Assembly: GCA_030390025.1 (NCBI GenBank)
Contig: CM059426.1
Coordinates: forward strand, 160,518,001-160,582,000
Direction of reading: 5' to 3'
DNA from: Squalus acanthias
Taxonomy: Eukaryota
DNA: 64,000 nucleotides
The translations under genes and the position numbers were made by a program. The notes beneath the pieces are model-generated. The model saw nothing but the letters and a program-made list of their open reading frames with translations. It had not been told where the DNA came from and searched no databases. Positions 12,587-23,881 of the stretch are shown here, one piece after another. Each line of letters opens with the position of its first letter. Within the stretch, counting starts at the first letter, position 1.

Positions 12587-13213
12587 GGCCTATAATTTGC
12601 TGTCAAAATAACGGCGAGGCTAATGGCGCTCATCGTTATTTATGCGCAAATGCTACAGCAACTTCAGGCGAGGGCAGATGGACAATTAAATGCAAAAATC
12701 CATGTCAGTCTAAGTACCCTTTTTAATGTCATGTTAAGTGTTAATTACTGCAAGTCAACCTCTCAGGCACTGATAATGAACGATTACAAGTGTGGAGTTT
12801 CATTCCTTCAGGTTTTAATTGTTGGAGATTTAAAACATTTTACATTTAATTTTTTTTTTTTACTTTTACCTTTCTGTCCCTTTTTTCTCTCTCTCTTAAT
12901 CTAATCTTTCTTTCCCTCTCTTTATTTTCTTTCTATACCTGATTTGACATTGAATTCACCCACTCTAATTTACACTTGCTTCTCAGTCCTTGCGCTGTTA
13001 ATTTCACAGCCCTTCAATCTGATTGTCTAAGGAGTGACACATTTGTTTGCCCTGTTCACTCAAGTCCCAGGTTCCTGGATTCCCTCGCTACGACGATGTC
13101 AGCTCACATTCCAGCAACATGTAGTCCAAGATATCATTGCGATTAAATGGGCATGGGCAAGCCTAATTAACAGCAGACCCCTTTTGTTGCCCTGCTACAG
13201 CAAACTATGGCCC
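12587..13213. mobile_element. Harbinger-type MITE, family A, opposite orientation
   Basis: TIRs ggcctataatttgctg / cagcaaactatggccc; interior is reverse-complementary to parts of 11800-12312 and 15481-16168. Confidence 0.75.
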
Positions 13214-13279
13214 AATGTCACTCTCTGGTTTTCAGTCAGAGAGAAGTTTCAATTGTGTTTTAACTGTGGGTAGTGTTCC

Positions 13280-13574
13280 TAGACAGTTTCCTAGAAGTAA
13301 AGGGAATTAAGGCTTTCGGGGAGCGGGCAGGAATTTGGACATGAGTCTAGGTTCGGATCGGTCATGGCCCTGTGGGTAGCGTAGCGGGCCCAGGGGCCGT
13401 GTAGCCTGATCCTGCTCCTATTTTGTGTGTCCAATTCTGTTGGGTTCAGGAGATGGTTCTGTGATAGTAGATTGGCGGTTAGGATCAGATCAGCCATGAT
13501 CTTATTGAATGGCGGAGCAGGCTCGAGGGGCCAATTGGCCTACTCCTGCTCCTATTTCTTATGTTCTTATGTTC
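13280..13574 (+). mobile_element. CR1 LINE 3' end with a doubled 3' UTR module
   Basis: Matches 23818-24082; (TTCTTATG)n tail. Confidence 0.88.
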
Positions 13575-13639
13575 CCACATCCATCTGAACTCCCTCCTCA
13601 TCAATGAAGCGCTTTCTAATACCAAAAAAAAGCGAGGCC

Positions 13640-13911
13640 GCAATGGTGGCGGCAGATACCCACAATGCGCTGTGCTACGTTAACCGCTCTATTGCGTGAG
13701 CGGAGCGGACACACGTGCTGGCTATGGGAGCAGCTGCACCAGCTCGGGAAGGAGCCGGGCAGGAAAAAAATTGCCCTGTTCCAGGTACAGCAGCGCTGGT
13801 CACCAAGCAAACATGCAAATTTTTCTCCCAGGCTGTTCACAGGAGTGCCCAGGAGATCAATCTTTCAATTCTGGAAAACTCCCACTTAATTCGTGAGGGT
13901 TGGCAACCCTA
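13640..13911. mobile_element. Probable hAT-type non-autonomous element fragment
   Basis: Right end reads TAGGGTTGCCAAC on the minus strand, a common hAT terminus; the other end was not found. Confidence 0.4.
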
Positions 13912-14527
13912 TAGCAAGGCCAGTATTTATTGCAGATCTCTGAAACTGAACTAGTATCAAGAAGCATCGTGCTGCCCAAAACCATGCCTCTGGCATCAGC
14001 TTCTTATGGTTCGCATCAACAGCTAGACAAGAGATAAGGAAAGAGAAAAGAGTACGAAATAGAAGAGAGAAAGGGGCTGCTTTTCTCAATACTTTGAAAG
14101 AAAAAAGGTGTTTCACAAACTAAAGTCTAATTATAGTTGTTGAATTTGCAGTGAAACTCCATCAGGACAGTTTGCCTAAAAAAGCTATTTCTCCAACGTT
14201 CATTACCATAGCGATGAAGGGAGGGAGGCTGGAATGAATGCATCCCGGTAGGCTTCCTCATTACCCATTTTGTAGCTCTAAATCATTTTTCTCCTTATGT
14301 GTCAATGAGGCTGTTAGACCCATTACCAATCTTTTCCAGAAAGCCATTAGTGCCCTCTTCACAGAGAGTAAATCTGAACATTTACTACGCTATCATTTAT
14401 CTTTTCTAAAGCATTACATTGGCGCATATCCTCCAATGTTGTTAAAGGATAGTCCAAGGATTTGATTGATTATGGACATTTCCTCTTAGTACAGTTAAGA
14501 AGTATAATGAGAAACCTATAAAATTAA

Positions 14528-14643
14528 GGGGTATATTTTCCTCTGGTTACTGATGTAAGCGCAAAAGTCAGTTTGAGTAGAAATCCCATTTGCCTGTTCA
14601 TACTCACATTAATTCACATTAACGACCAGAGGAAAATTTAACC
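14528..14643. mobile_element. Short palindromic MITE
   Basis: ggggtatattttcctctggt / accagaggaaaatttaacc inverted ends. Confidence 0.5.
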
Positions 14644-14947
14644 ATAAATCTTTAAATGTTAAATTTAAAATGTAATAGCTGCAGGATTAAAATGAATTCA
14701 TGTAATCCTAGGGGTGAAGCATTGGATTTCAAATCCTAATCTGACTGCCATTCACATTCAGCTTCCTGGGTGAGAAGGTTTAGCCAATTCTATTCAGAGC
14801 AACTCATAGTATCCAGTCTGGTAAAGCTTGGCAGGGAGACAATGTTAGACAATGTACCGTTATATTTTACAGCAGTTGTGGAGAAGTTCATGGCACAGAG
14901 TACGACAACAAGAAAGGATAAGTAAACATTTTAAAGAAAAAGTACTA

Positions 14948-15250
14948 CAGGTTGAGCGTCCTGAATCCGGCAACCTCAAGACCGAGGCCGAACCGGTTTT
15001 TGTGTTTTTCAGGACTTCGGAACATGTTTCTGATGTCCGAAGTCCGGAAATATCGCAACCTGGGCTCGGGCGTTTCCGGACTTCGGACATCAGAAACACG
15101 TTCCGAGTCCGGAAATGCCTGGGCCCAGGCTGCGGTTTGACAGGGTGTCCGGATTCCGGACCATTTTACGGATTCCGGACAACCCTGCCACCAATCGTCC
15201 CGGAGTCGGAATCCAGATTCCAGAACTCCGGATTTTGGACGCTCAACCTG
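14948..15250. mobile_element. Tc1/mariner-superfamily (pogo/Tigger-like) MITE
   Basis: Perfect TIR CAGGTTGAGCGTCC / GGACGCTCAACCTG flanked by TA on both sides; internal inverted repeats rich in TCCGGA. Confidence 0.88.
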
Positions 15251-15480
15251 TAATAGCATTGCAATGTATTCTTTGACACTAGAGGGCACCCTAACTATTT
15301 ATCTACTCCGGAGAAAAAAAGTTCTCGGAGAACAAAGACAGGAATATAGGAACAGGAGTAGACCATTCAGCCCCTTGAACCTGTTCCGCCATTCAATTAG
15401 ATCATTGCTGATCTGTACCTCAAATCCATTTATCCGCTTTTGCTACATATCTCTTAATACCCTTACTCTAACAAAACTTT

Positions 15481-16168
15481 GACCCGGATTTTGCGGTTAG
15501 TGGCATAGGAACGACACTCACCGTTTACTACAGTGACAGCTGCCCACAGAGTTTTCACCAGCTTTTGATTGTAGGCTTGCTGTCATCGGGCGCCTGATCC
15601 AGCGCGGCGCCCTCTACAGGGCATCTGTGGCGTCTGTGAGCAGGATAAGACACAGTGAGGCTCAGCAATCAGATTGAAGAATTCTCACTGAGCCCTGCAG
15701 TCTAAACCAGGAAATATAAATTAGATTTAAATCATGTACAGAAAGTGAAATGAAGATTGGGAAAGAACAATGGAAATAAGAGACAGACAGAAAAAGTAAA
15801 AAAAATATATTTTTTTAAAATCGCCAACATTAATTAAATTCTGCAGGAATGAGACTTCACACTTGAAAAATTAAATTTTCAGTGCCAGAGAGGTTGATTG
15901 ACAGTAATTATGACTGATTACACCATTAAAAGTTCACTTACACCTGAATGAAGTACCACAACTTCACGTCCTTACATGTATTTCCATGCCGAGTCTATCG
16001 GCGAGGTACTGTTATAACGCAGCCTGTGGAGGAGCAGGGTAACAGCAATTTCCAAATTTCCGTGTTTAACTGCGCATGTGTGTACATCGGAGGTTGCTGT
16101 CTGATTTATTCCATAATAATGGTGAGTGCTGTTAGCTTCACCGTTATTCTCAATGAAAAAAACGGACC
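15481..16168. mobile_element. Harbinger-type MITE, family A
   Basis: Colinear with the other family A copies and cleanly interrupts CR1 sequence. Confidence 0.78.
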
Positions 16169-17706
16169 ATTATCGACCTCAGTTTTGAATATTTAAATTG
16201 ACCGAGCCTGAGCAGCTTTTTAGGGAGACAGTTCCAGATTTCCACCACCCTTTGTGTGGCCCAGCTCTAACTTTAAGGTTGGACTCCCTCACAAGAGGAA
16301 ACAATTTCTCTCTATCTACCCTATCAAATCCTTTAATCATCTTAAATACTGCAATTATATCACCCCTTAACCTTCTATACTCAACTCAAGGGAATACAAG
16401 CCTCGTCTATGGAACCTGCCCATATAATTTAACCCTTTTAGCCCCGGTATTCTGGTGAATCTGCGCTGCACCCCCTCCAAGGCCAATATATTCTTCCTGA
16501 GGTGCAGTGCCCAGAACTGAATGTAATACTCCAAATGGGGTCTAACCAGAGCTCTATATAACTGAAACATAACTCCCACCCCTTTGTATTCCAGCCTTTT
16601 TGAGATAAAGGACAACATTCCATTATCCTTTTTAATAATTTTTTGTACCTGTTCATTAGCTTTTAGTGATTTCTGTACTTGGACCCCTAAATATTTCTGC
16701 TCCTCCACAGTTCCTAATGTTTTATCATTTAGAAATAATCTGGTCTATGTTACTTAGGTCCAAAGTGGATGACCTAACAATTCCCCAGATTGAACTCCAT
16801 CTGCCACAGTTTTGCCCATTCACTTACTCTATCAATGTTCCTTTGCAACTTCCTGCTCCCATCTACACTACTTACTGTGGCACCTAACTTAGTGCCATCA
16901 ACAAACTTAGATATACGGCTCTCTATTCCTTCATCCAAGTCATTAATAAATACAGTGAAAAGCTGAGGCCCCAGTACAGATCCCGAGAGGACACCACTAG
17001 TCACATCCTGCTAATTAGAGTACATACCCATTATACCTACTCTCGGTCTCCTACCTCCTAAGCAATTCCCGACCCATGTCAATAGGAAGCCTCTAATTCC
17101 ATACGCTTTCATTTTTGCTAACAGTTGCTTATGTGGAATCTTATCGAATGCCTTCTAATAGCATCCATAGACACTCCCTTATCTACCACATTAGTAACCT
17201 CCTCAAAAAATTCAACTAGGTTCGTTAGAAATGACTTACCCTTTACAGATCGATGCTGGCTCTCTGATCAGTTCATATTTGTCCAACTGCTCAGCCACTC
17301 TGACCCTAATAACAGTAACTTTCCCACAACAGGTCTATAATGTTCTGGTTTCTCTCTCTCATCCTTCTTAAATAATGGAGTGGCATTGAGAATTTTACAA
17401 TCCAAGGGGACAATTCCTGATTCAAGAAAGTTTTGGAAGATCTTGACTAAAGCTTCTGCAGTTTCCTCACCTACTCATTTTAATGGCCCGGGGTGGAAAA
17501 CATCAGGTCCTGGAGATTTGTCAATCTTCAGTTTTATTATTTTTTCTATTATCCTTTTTATACATATGTTAAATCTAGTAAGTAGCTCCCTTGATTTATT
17601 TTTAGTTTCCCTGTATCTCTGGTGCTTTATTCTCTTTCTCTACTGTGAAGACCGATACAAAGTAATTATTTAGCAAGTCTGCTATTTCCTGATTTTCAAT
17701 TACAAT

Positions 17707-18450
17707 GGCCCAAAAATTAGTCTCTCTACGCGAGAGTACGCACTGTGTACTCTCGCGTATTCTGTCTCCAATTGCCGGTTTTCTGCATGCACTGCGCATG
17801 CGCTGAAAACCGGCACTTGGTGATTTCAAAAGGGGGCGGTTCCTAAGTGAACCACGTGCGCGCTACAGGCTGCGTGCACGCAGTGCACTTAGTGCTTTGA
17901 ATGCGCAGGTAAGCATGGAAGATTTTGCACATAAAGAAAGGAGGCGTAAGACCCTCTTTTAACAAGGTAAGTAGTTAATTAAGTATTATTTTGAATTTTT
18001 TTCAACAGGTATATCTTTTTTAGAGACTTTAAAGAAAGGTAAGTTTATTTTTATAACTTTTTAAAAGATTTTAAATTTTTTCAAAAATGTAATTTTTTGT
18101 TTAAAGTGGTTAATTTATTTAACTATACTTATTTTATTAATGTGATGGTTTTTTAAAAAATTTAATTGAGGTTTAGCTGTTCTTTTGGGGGGGGTATAGA
18201 TTCATAGCTTTCACAGCACTTGCAGTGAAAACTATGAATGAAAGATGGTGTGCTGCCATTGGCTCTAACTGAGTCACGTGATCCCACAGCTCGCACGAAT
18301 TAACTGCGCCTGTGGGATACGCAAGCACTGCCCAGCTGCTGTCTAGAAACTCAAGTTCGTGCGAGCTCGGAATGAAAAAGCCGGCGCGCAGTGAGATATC
18401 GCGGGGAAGCCTTACCCCCGCAGGAAGACTCCGTCTTTAATTTCTGGGCC
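17707..18450. mobile_element. Harbinger-type MITE
   Basis: TIRs ggcccaaaaatta / taatttctgggcc; CR1 sequence continues on both sides. Confidence 0.8.
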
Positions 18451-18519
18451 ATTATCACCTGCGTCTGTCTTTAAGGGGCCCACATTTATGTTATTTATGA
18501 ACATTACAGTAAGTCTGGA

Positions 18520-18980
18520 AATAGACCATTCAAGTAGGTTCAAACTTCTTCACACTGGTGAGGAATCCTGGGAAAGTTCTGTTGGGCCAAAGAGATGCAC
18601 AGAAGAAGACAAGTTGAGGTCCTGCTGCTGTAGTCAATCAGTCAATGAGGACGCCCTGCACAATATGCCCTCTGATGCTCCTTGCAACGGTGAGAACAAT
18701 GGCTAGTTTGCATCGTAGATGAGCTGGGCATCCTGGCAATAGAAGCCTTTCCTGTGCATGTAAGTCAATGGCTGCTTGTTTAGTGCCTTCAGTGCCATGT
18801 GCGTGTCATGGTGGTATCGCAAACTCTGGGGAATCCAGTTATCCTGCAGTAGGCTCTGGCTCTGTGCCGCTACTGCCTGGAGGCGATGCATACATGGAGA
18901 AATTTGGCTACTCAATGAAAGAGGGTGTCCATCACCTGCACTATACATGTCATGACAGATCCCTGGTTAATGTTGCACAG
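18520..18980 (-). pseudogene. PIF/Harbinger (HARBI1-like) DDE transposase remnant, part downstream of the CR1 insertion
   Basis: Minus strand gives LCNINQGSVMTCIVQVMDTLF and DTHMALKALNKQPLTYMHRKGFYCQDAQLIYDA, matching the D.TH..I..P...Y.NRKG..S.N.Q...D motif. Confidence 0.75.
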
Positions 18981-19190
18981 CTCTTTTACAGCGGCGGACC
19001 TGGGCGAGAAGTGAGTGGAGCAGCGAGGCTATAAAAGCCTGCGGTATCCAGGTAGGCCCCTCTTTTACAGCGGCGGACCTGGGGGAGAAGTGAGTGGAGC
19101 AGCGAGGCTATAAAAGCCTGCGGTATCCAGGTAGGCCCCTCTTTTACAGCGGCGGACCTGGGCGAGAAGTGAGTGGAGCAGCGAGGCTAA
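18981..19190 (+). promoter_or_regulatory. 79-bp tandem monomers at the CR1 5' end with TATA boxes
   Basis: Units start at 18981, 19060 and 19139; TATAAAA at 19030 and 19109 lies 30 bp before the next unit start (ctctttt). Confidence 0.7.
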
Positions 19191-19361
19191 AAAGCTATAC
19201 AGGGTGATTGCTTTAATAGTGCGGGTCGCAGTGGTTGCTGGGTAAGTTTTTTTTTTACCTGTATATAAGTTGGCGGTTTCTAAACCCGAGACACTACACT
19301 TGTAGTGTCCCCCACCCTTCCACCTCCTCTAACCTAAAGGGGGTGAGTGTATATCAGGAGG

Positions 19362-19709
19362 CCCGGTGAGTATCTAAACTCACTTTCACGGGCTTTTGTT
19401 TGCAGAGGCTGCTGTCAGGAGCGGAGAGAGCCGAGGCCCGGTGAGTATCTAAACTCACTTTCACGGGCTTTTGTTTGCAGAGGCTGCTGTCGGGAGCAGA
19501 GAGAGCCGAGGTCCGGTGAGTATCTAAACTCACTTTCACGGGCTTTTGTTTGCAGAGGCTGCTGTCGGGAGCAGAGAGAGCCGAGGTCCGGTGAGTATCT
19601 AAACTCACTTTCGCGGGCTTTTGTTTACAGAGGCTGGTGTCGGGAGCGGAGAGAGCCGAGGACCGGTGAGTATCTAAACTCACTTTCGCGGGCTTTTGTT
19701 TGCAGAGGT
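19362..19709 (+). repeat. 75-bp tandem array (about 4.6 copies) in the CR1 5' UTR
   Basis: gtgagtatctaaactcac begins at 19366, 19441, 19516, 19591 and 19666. Confidence 0.95.
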
Positions 19710-19994
19710 TTACCAATCTCAGACCGGCGGCAGCGTTCCAGAGCCACGTTACGATTCAAAACATGACGTGGGCAGGAGGGAGCGGCTGATTGGGTGAGTA
19801 CGGCAGGTTAGTATTTATACTACTTTATAGTTTGATAGTTAAGGTTCATAGATTATAAAGTTTCGAAGATCTTAATTTTGTGATTATAATTTCTAGTGCT
19901 AGTAACCAAGGGCCCTTGAGTAATTCATTTAATTGAGTGAAATTGGTGGTATTGATTTGATTTAATTAAAGTTCAATTAATTAAAGGGTAAGTC

Positions 19995-20942
19995 ATGGCA
20001 GGACAGCCCAGCCCCGTGTTGTGCTCCTCCTGCTCTATGTGGGAAATCAGGGACCCTTCCGGTGTCCCTGACGACCATGTGTGCGGGAAGTGTATCCAGC
20101 TGCAGCTACTGACAGCCCGCATTGCAGCGCTGGAGCTGCGGCTGGATGCATATTGGACCATTCGCGATGCTGAGAACCTCGTGGATAGCACGTTTAGTGA
20201 GTTGGTCACACCGCAGGTGAAGGGTGTACAGGCAGGAAGGGAATGGGTGACCACCAGGCAGAGTAGGAGGTGCAGGCAGGTAGTGCAGGGGTCCCCTGTG
20301 GACATCCCCCTCTCAAACAGATATACCGCTTTGGATACTGTTGGGGGGGATGACTTTGGGGAAGGCAGCAGCAGCCAACTTCCTGGCACCATGGGCGGAT
20401 CTGCTGCACAGGCTGGGAGGAAAAAGAGTGGAAGAGCTATAGTGATAGGGGACTCAATTGTAAGGGGAATAGATAGGCGTTTCTGCGGCCGCAACCGAGA
20501 CTCCAGGATGGTGTGTTGCCTCCCTGGTGCAAGGGTCAAGGACGTCTCGGAGCGGCTACAGAACATTTAGGAGGGGGAGGGCGAACAGCCAGCTGTCGTG
20601 ATGCACATAGGCACCAATGATATAGGTAAAAAAGGGGATGAGGTCCTAAAAGCAGAATATAGGGAGTTAGGAGGTAAATTAAAAAATAGGACCTCAAAGG
20701 TAGTAATCCCAGGATTGCTACCAGTGCCACGTGCTAGTCAGAGTAGAAATAGGAGGATATTTCAAATGAATACGTGGCTAGAGGAATGGTGCAAGGGGGA
20801 GGGATTCAAATTCCTGGGACATTGGAACCGGTTCTGGGGGAGGTGGGACCAGTACAAACCGGACGGTCTGCACCTGGGCAGGGCCGGGACCGCTGTCCTA
20901 GGGGGAGTGTTTGCTAGTGCTGTTGGGGAGGATTTAAACTAA
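19995..20942 (+). pseudogene. CR1 ORF1 (zinc finger, coiled coil, SGNH esterase) with one internal stop
   Basis: CSSC..HVCGKC, VIGDSIVRG, HIGTND and DGLHL motifs; ORFs 19995..20570 and 20598..20942 are in the same frame, separated by TAG at 20568-20570. Confidence 0.92.
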
Positions 20943-23881
20943 TGTGGCAGGGGGTTGGGAACCTGAGCAGGGAGACAGAGGAAAGCATGTCAGGAAGGGA
21001 CAGAAGGTATGGAGTAAAAGGTAAAGTGTTAAATAAGGAAAAAGCAGGAAGTAAGTGTCGCAAAGCACATTTGAAAGTTCTTTATCTAAATGCACGTAGC
21101 ATTCGTAACAAAATTGACGAGTTAACGGCACAAATAACTATGTATGGGTATGATCTTGTGGCCATTACAGAAACATGGCTGCAGGGTGACAACGTCTGGG
21201 AATTAAATATGCCAGGGTATTTAACAATCAGGAAGGACAGGCAGGAAGGAAGGGGAGGGGGGGTGGCTATGTTAATAAAGAAAGGAATCACTGTAATACA
21301 GAGAAATGATATTGGGTCAAAAGATCAGGATAATGAAACAGTTTGGGTAGAGATTAGGAATAATAAGGGGAAAAAAACACTGGTGGGCATAGTATATAGG
21401 CCTCCTAATAGTTGCAACTCTGTTGGAAGAAGTATTAATCAGGAAATAGTTGGGGCATGTAATAAGGGAACAGCTATAATTATGGGCGATTTTAACTATC
21501 ATATTAACTGGACAAATCAAATAGGGCAGGGCAGCCTTGAGGAAGAATTTATTGAGTGTCTTAGGGATGGATTTCTTGAGCAGTATGTAACTGATCCTAC
21601 AAGGGGGCAAGCAACCTTGGACCTGGTACTGTGTAATGAGTCTGGATTAATTAATAATGTCCTAGTTAAGGATCCCCTTGGAATGAGTGACCATAACATG
21701 GTTGAATTCCATATCCAATTAGAGGGTGAGAAGGTTGGTTCTCAAACAAGCATACTGAGCTTGAATAAAGGAGACTATGATGGCATGAGAGCAGAATTGA
21801 TTAAAGTGGACTGGGAAAATAGATTAAAGGGTAAGACGGTACATGAGCAGTGGTGTTCATTCAAGGAGTTATTTTACAACTTTCAAAATAAATATATTCC
21901 ACTGAGGAAAAAAGGGTGTAAAAGAAATGACAGCCATCCATGGCTAAGTAAAGAAATTAAAGAAAGTATCCAACTAAAAACAAGGACATATAAGGTAGCC
22001 AAAGTTAGTGGAAGTATAGAAGATTGGGAAGTCTTCAAAAGACAACAAAAAGTAACTAAAGGATTGATTAAGAAAGGGAAAATAGACTATGAAAATAAAT
22101 TAGCAAAAAATATAAAAACAGATAGCAAGAGTTTCTATAGTTATATAAAAAGAAAAAGGGTGGTTAAGGCAAACATAGGTCCCTTAGAGGATGAGACCGG
22201 GAAATTAATGGTGGGAAACATGGAGATGGCAAAAATGCTGAACAAATATTTTGTTTCAGTCTTTACGGTAGAGGACACTAAGAATATCCCAACACTGGAC
22301 AAACAGGGGGCTCTAGTGGGGGAGGAGCTAAATATGATTAAAATTACTAAGGAATTGGTACTCAGTAAAATAATGGGACTCAAGGCGGATAAATCCCCTG
22401 GACCTGATGGCTTACATCCTAGGGTCTTGAGAGAAGTGGCAGTAGGAATTGTGGATGCTTTGGTAATAATTTTCCAAAACTCCCTGAACTCAGCAAAGGT
22501 CCCGGCAGATTGGAAAACTGCTAATGTAACACCCTTATTTAAAAAGGGTAGTAGGCAGAAGGCTGGAAATTATAGACCAGTTAGCCTAACATCTGTGGTG
22601 GGTAAAATTTTGGAGTCTATTATTAAGGAGACAGTAACGGAACATTTAGATAAACATAATTTAATAGGACAAAGTCAGCATGGCTTTATGAAGGGGAAGT
22701 CATGTCTGACAAATTTGCTCGAGTTCTTTGAGGACATAACGTACAGGGTGGATAAAGGGGAACCAGTAGATGTAGTGTATTTAGACTTCCAGAAGGCATT
22801 TGACAAGGTGCCACATAAAAGATTATTACTCAAGATAAAAAATCACTGGATTGGGGGTAATATTCTGGCATGGGTGGAGGATTGGTTATCTAACAGGAAG
22901 CAGAGAGTTGGGATAAATGGTTCATTCTCGGACTGGCAACCAGTAGCCAGTGGTGTTCCGCAGGGGTCGGTGCTGGGTCCCCAACTCTTTACAATCTATA
23001 TTAACGATTTGGAGGAGGGGACCGAGTGTAACATATCAAAGTTTGCAGATGATACAAAGATGGGAGGGAAAGTAGAGAGTGAAGAGGACATAAAAAACCT
23101 ACAAGGAGATATAGACAGGCTGGGTGAGTGGGCAGAGATTTGGCAGATGCAATACAATATTGGAAAATGTGAGGTTATGCACTTTGGCAGGAAAAATCAG
23201 AGAGCAAGTTATTATCTTAATGGCGAGAAACTGGAAAGTACTGCAGTTCAAAGGGATCTGGGGGTCTTGGTGCAAGAAAATCAAAAAGTTAGTATGCAGG
23301 TGCAGCAGGTGATCAAGAAAGCCAATGGAATGTTGGCTTTTATTGCTAGGGGGATAGAATATAAAAACAGGGAGGTATTGCTGCAGTTGTATAGGGTATT
23401 GGTGAGACCGCACCTGGAGTACTGCATACAGTTTTGGTGTCCATACTTAAGAAAAGACATACTTGCTCTCGAGGCAGTACAAAGAAGGTTCACTCGGTTA
23501 ATTCCGGGGATGAGGGGGTGGACATACGAGGAGAGGTTGAGTAGATTGGGACTCTACTCATTGGGGTTCAGAAGAATGAGAGGCGATCTTATTGAAACAT
23601 ATAAGATTGTGAAGGGGCTTGATCGGGTGGACGCGGTGAGGATGTTCCCAATGATGGGTGAAACTAGAACTAGGGGACATAATCTTAGAATAAGGGGCTC
23701 CTCTTTCAAAACTGAGATGAGGAGAAACGTTTTCACTCAGAGGGTAGTGGGTCTGTGGAATTTGCTACCCCAGGAAGCTGTGGAAGCTACTTCATTAAAT
23801 AAATTTAAAACAGAAATAGACCATTTCCTAGAAGTAAAGGGTATCAGGGGTTACGGGGAGCGGGCTGGAAATTGGACATGA
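20942..23881 (+). CDS. CR1 ORF2: apurinic-like endonuclease plus reverse transcriptase, 979 aa
   Basis: LYLNARSIRNK, ITETW, YRPP, MGDFN, SDH, NYRPVSLTS, LDFQKAFDKV, GVPQGSVLGP and FADD motifs in one uninterrupted frame. Confidence 0.98.
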   Translation: MWQGVGNLSRETEESMSGRDRRYGVKGKVLNKEKAGSKCRKAHLKVLYLNARSIRNKIDELTAQITMYGYDLVAITETWLQGDNVWELNMPGYLTIRKDRQEGRGGGVAMLIKKGITVIQRNDIGSKDQDNETVWVEIRNNKGKKTLVGIVYRPPNSCNSVGRSINQEIVGACNKGTAIIMGDFNYHINWTNQIGQGSLEEEFIECLRDGFLEQYVTDPTRGQATLDLVLCNESGLINNVLVKDPLGMSDHNMVEFHIQLEGEKVGSQTSILSLNKGDYDGMRAELIKVDWENRLKGKTVHEQWCSFKELFYNFQNKYIPLRKKGCKRNDSHPWLSKEIKESIQLKTRTYKVAKVSGSIEDWEVFKRQQKVTKGLIKKGKIDYENKLAKNIKTDSKSFYSYIKRKRVVKANIGPLEDETGKLMVGNMEMAKMLNKYFVSVFTVEDTKNIPTLDKQGALVGEELNMIKITKELVLSKIMGLKADKSPGPDGLHPRVLREVAVGIVDALVIIFQNSLNSAKVPADWKTANVTPLFKKGSRQKAGNYRPVSLTSVVGKILESIIKETVTEHLDKHNLIGQSQHGFMKGKSCLTNLLEFFEDITYRVDKGEPVDVVYLDFQKAFDKVPHKRLLLKIKNHWIGGNILAWVEDWLSNRKQRVGINGSFSDWQPVASGVPQGSVLGPQLFTIYINDLEEGTECNISKFADDTKMGGKVESEEDIKNLQGDIDRLGEWAEIWQMQYNIGKCEVMHFGRKNQRASYYLNGEKLESTAVQRDLGVLVQENQKVSMQVQQVIKKANGMLAFIARGIEYKNREVLLQLYRVLVRPHLEYCIQFWCPYLRKDILALEAVQRRFTRLIPGMRGWTYEERLSRLGLYSLGFRRMRGDLIETYKIVKGLDRVDAVRMFPMMGETRTRGHNLRIRGSSFKTEMRRNVFTQRVVGLWNLLPQEAVEATSLNKFKTEIDHFLEVKGIRGYGERAGNWT

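Larger units (their letters stand above)
15328..18500 (-). mobile_element. Decayed CR1 LINE, interrupted by two MITEs (15481-16168, 17707-18450)
   Basis: Minus-strand ORFs SGVLSGSVLGPQLFTVFINDL, KFVDGTKLG, LYRALVRPHLEY and IADLLNNYFVSVFT; 3' UTR at 15328-15420. Confidence 0.9.

Noticed and set aside
14852-15289. Overlapping ORFs on both strands
   Set aside because: Produced by a GC-rich palindromic MITE; no transposase motifs.
19362-19709. CRISPR-like array or repeat-protein ORFs (19347..19766, 19354..19716)
   Set aside because: Units are contiguous tandem copies without unique spacers, in a vertebrate LINE UTR; the ORFs follow from a stop-free 75-bp period.
19973-20566. 197-aa antisense ORF over CR1 ORF1
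   Set aside because: Mirror of the coding frame with no independent evidence.
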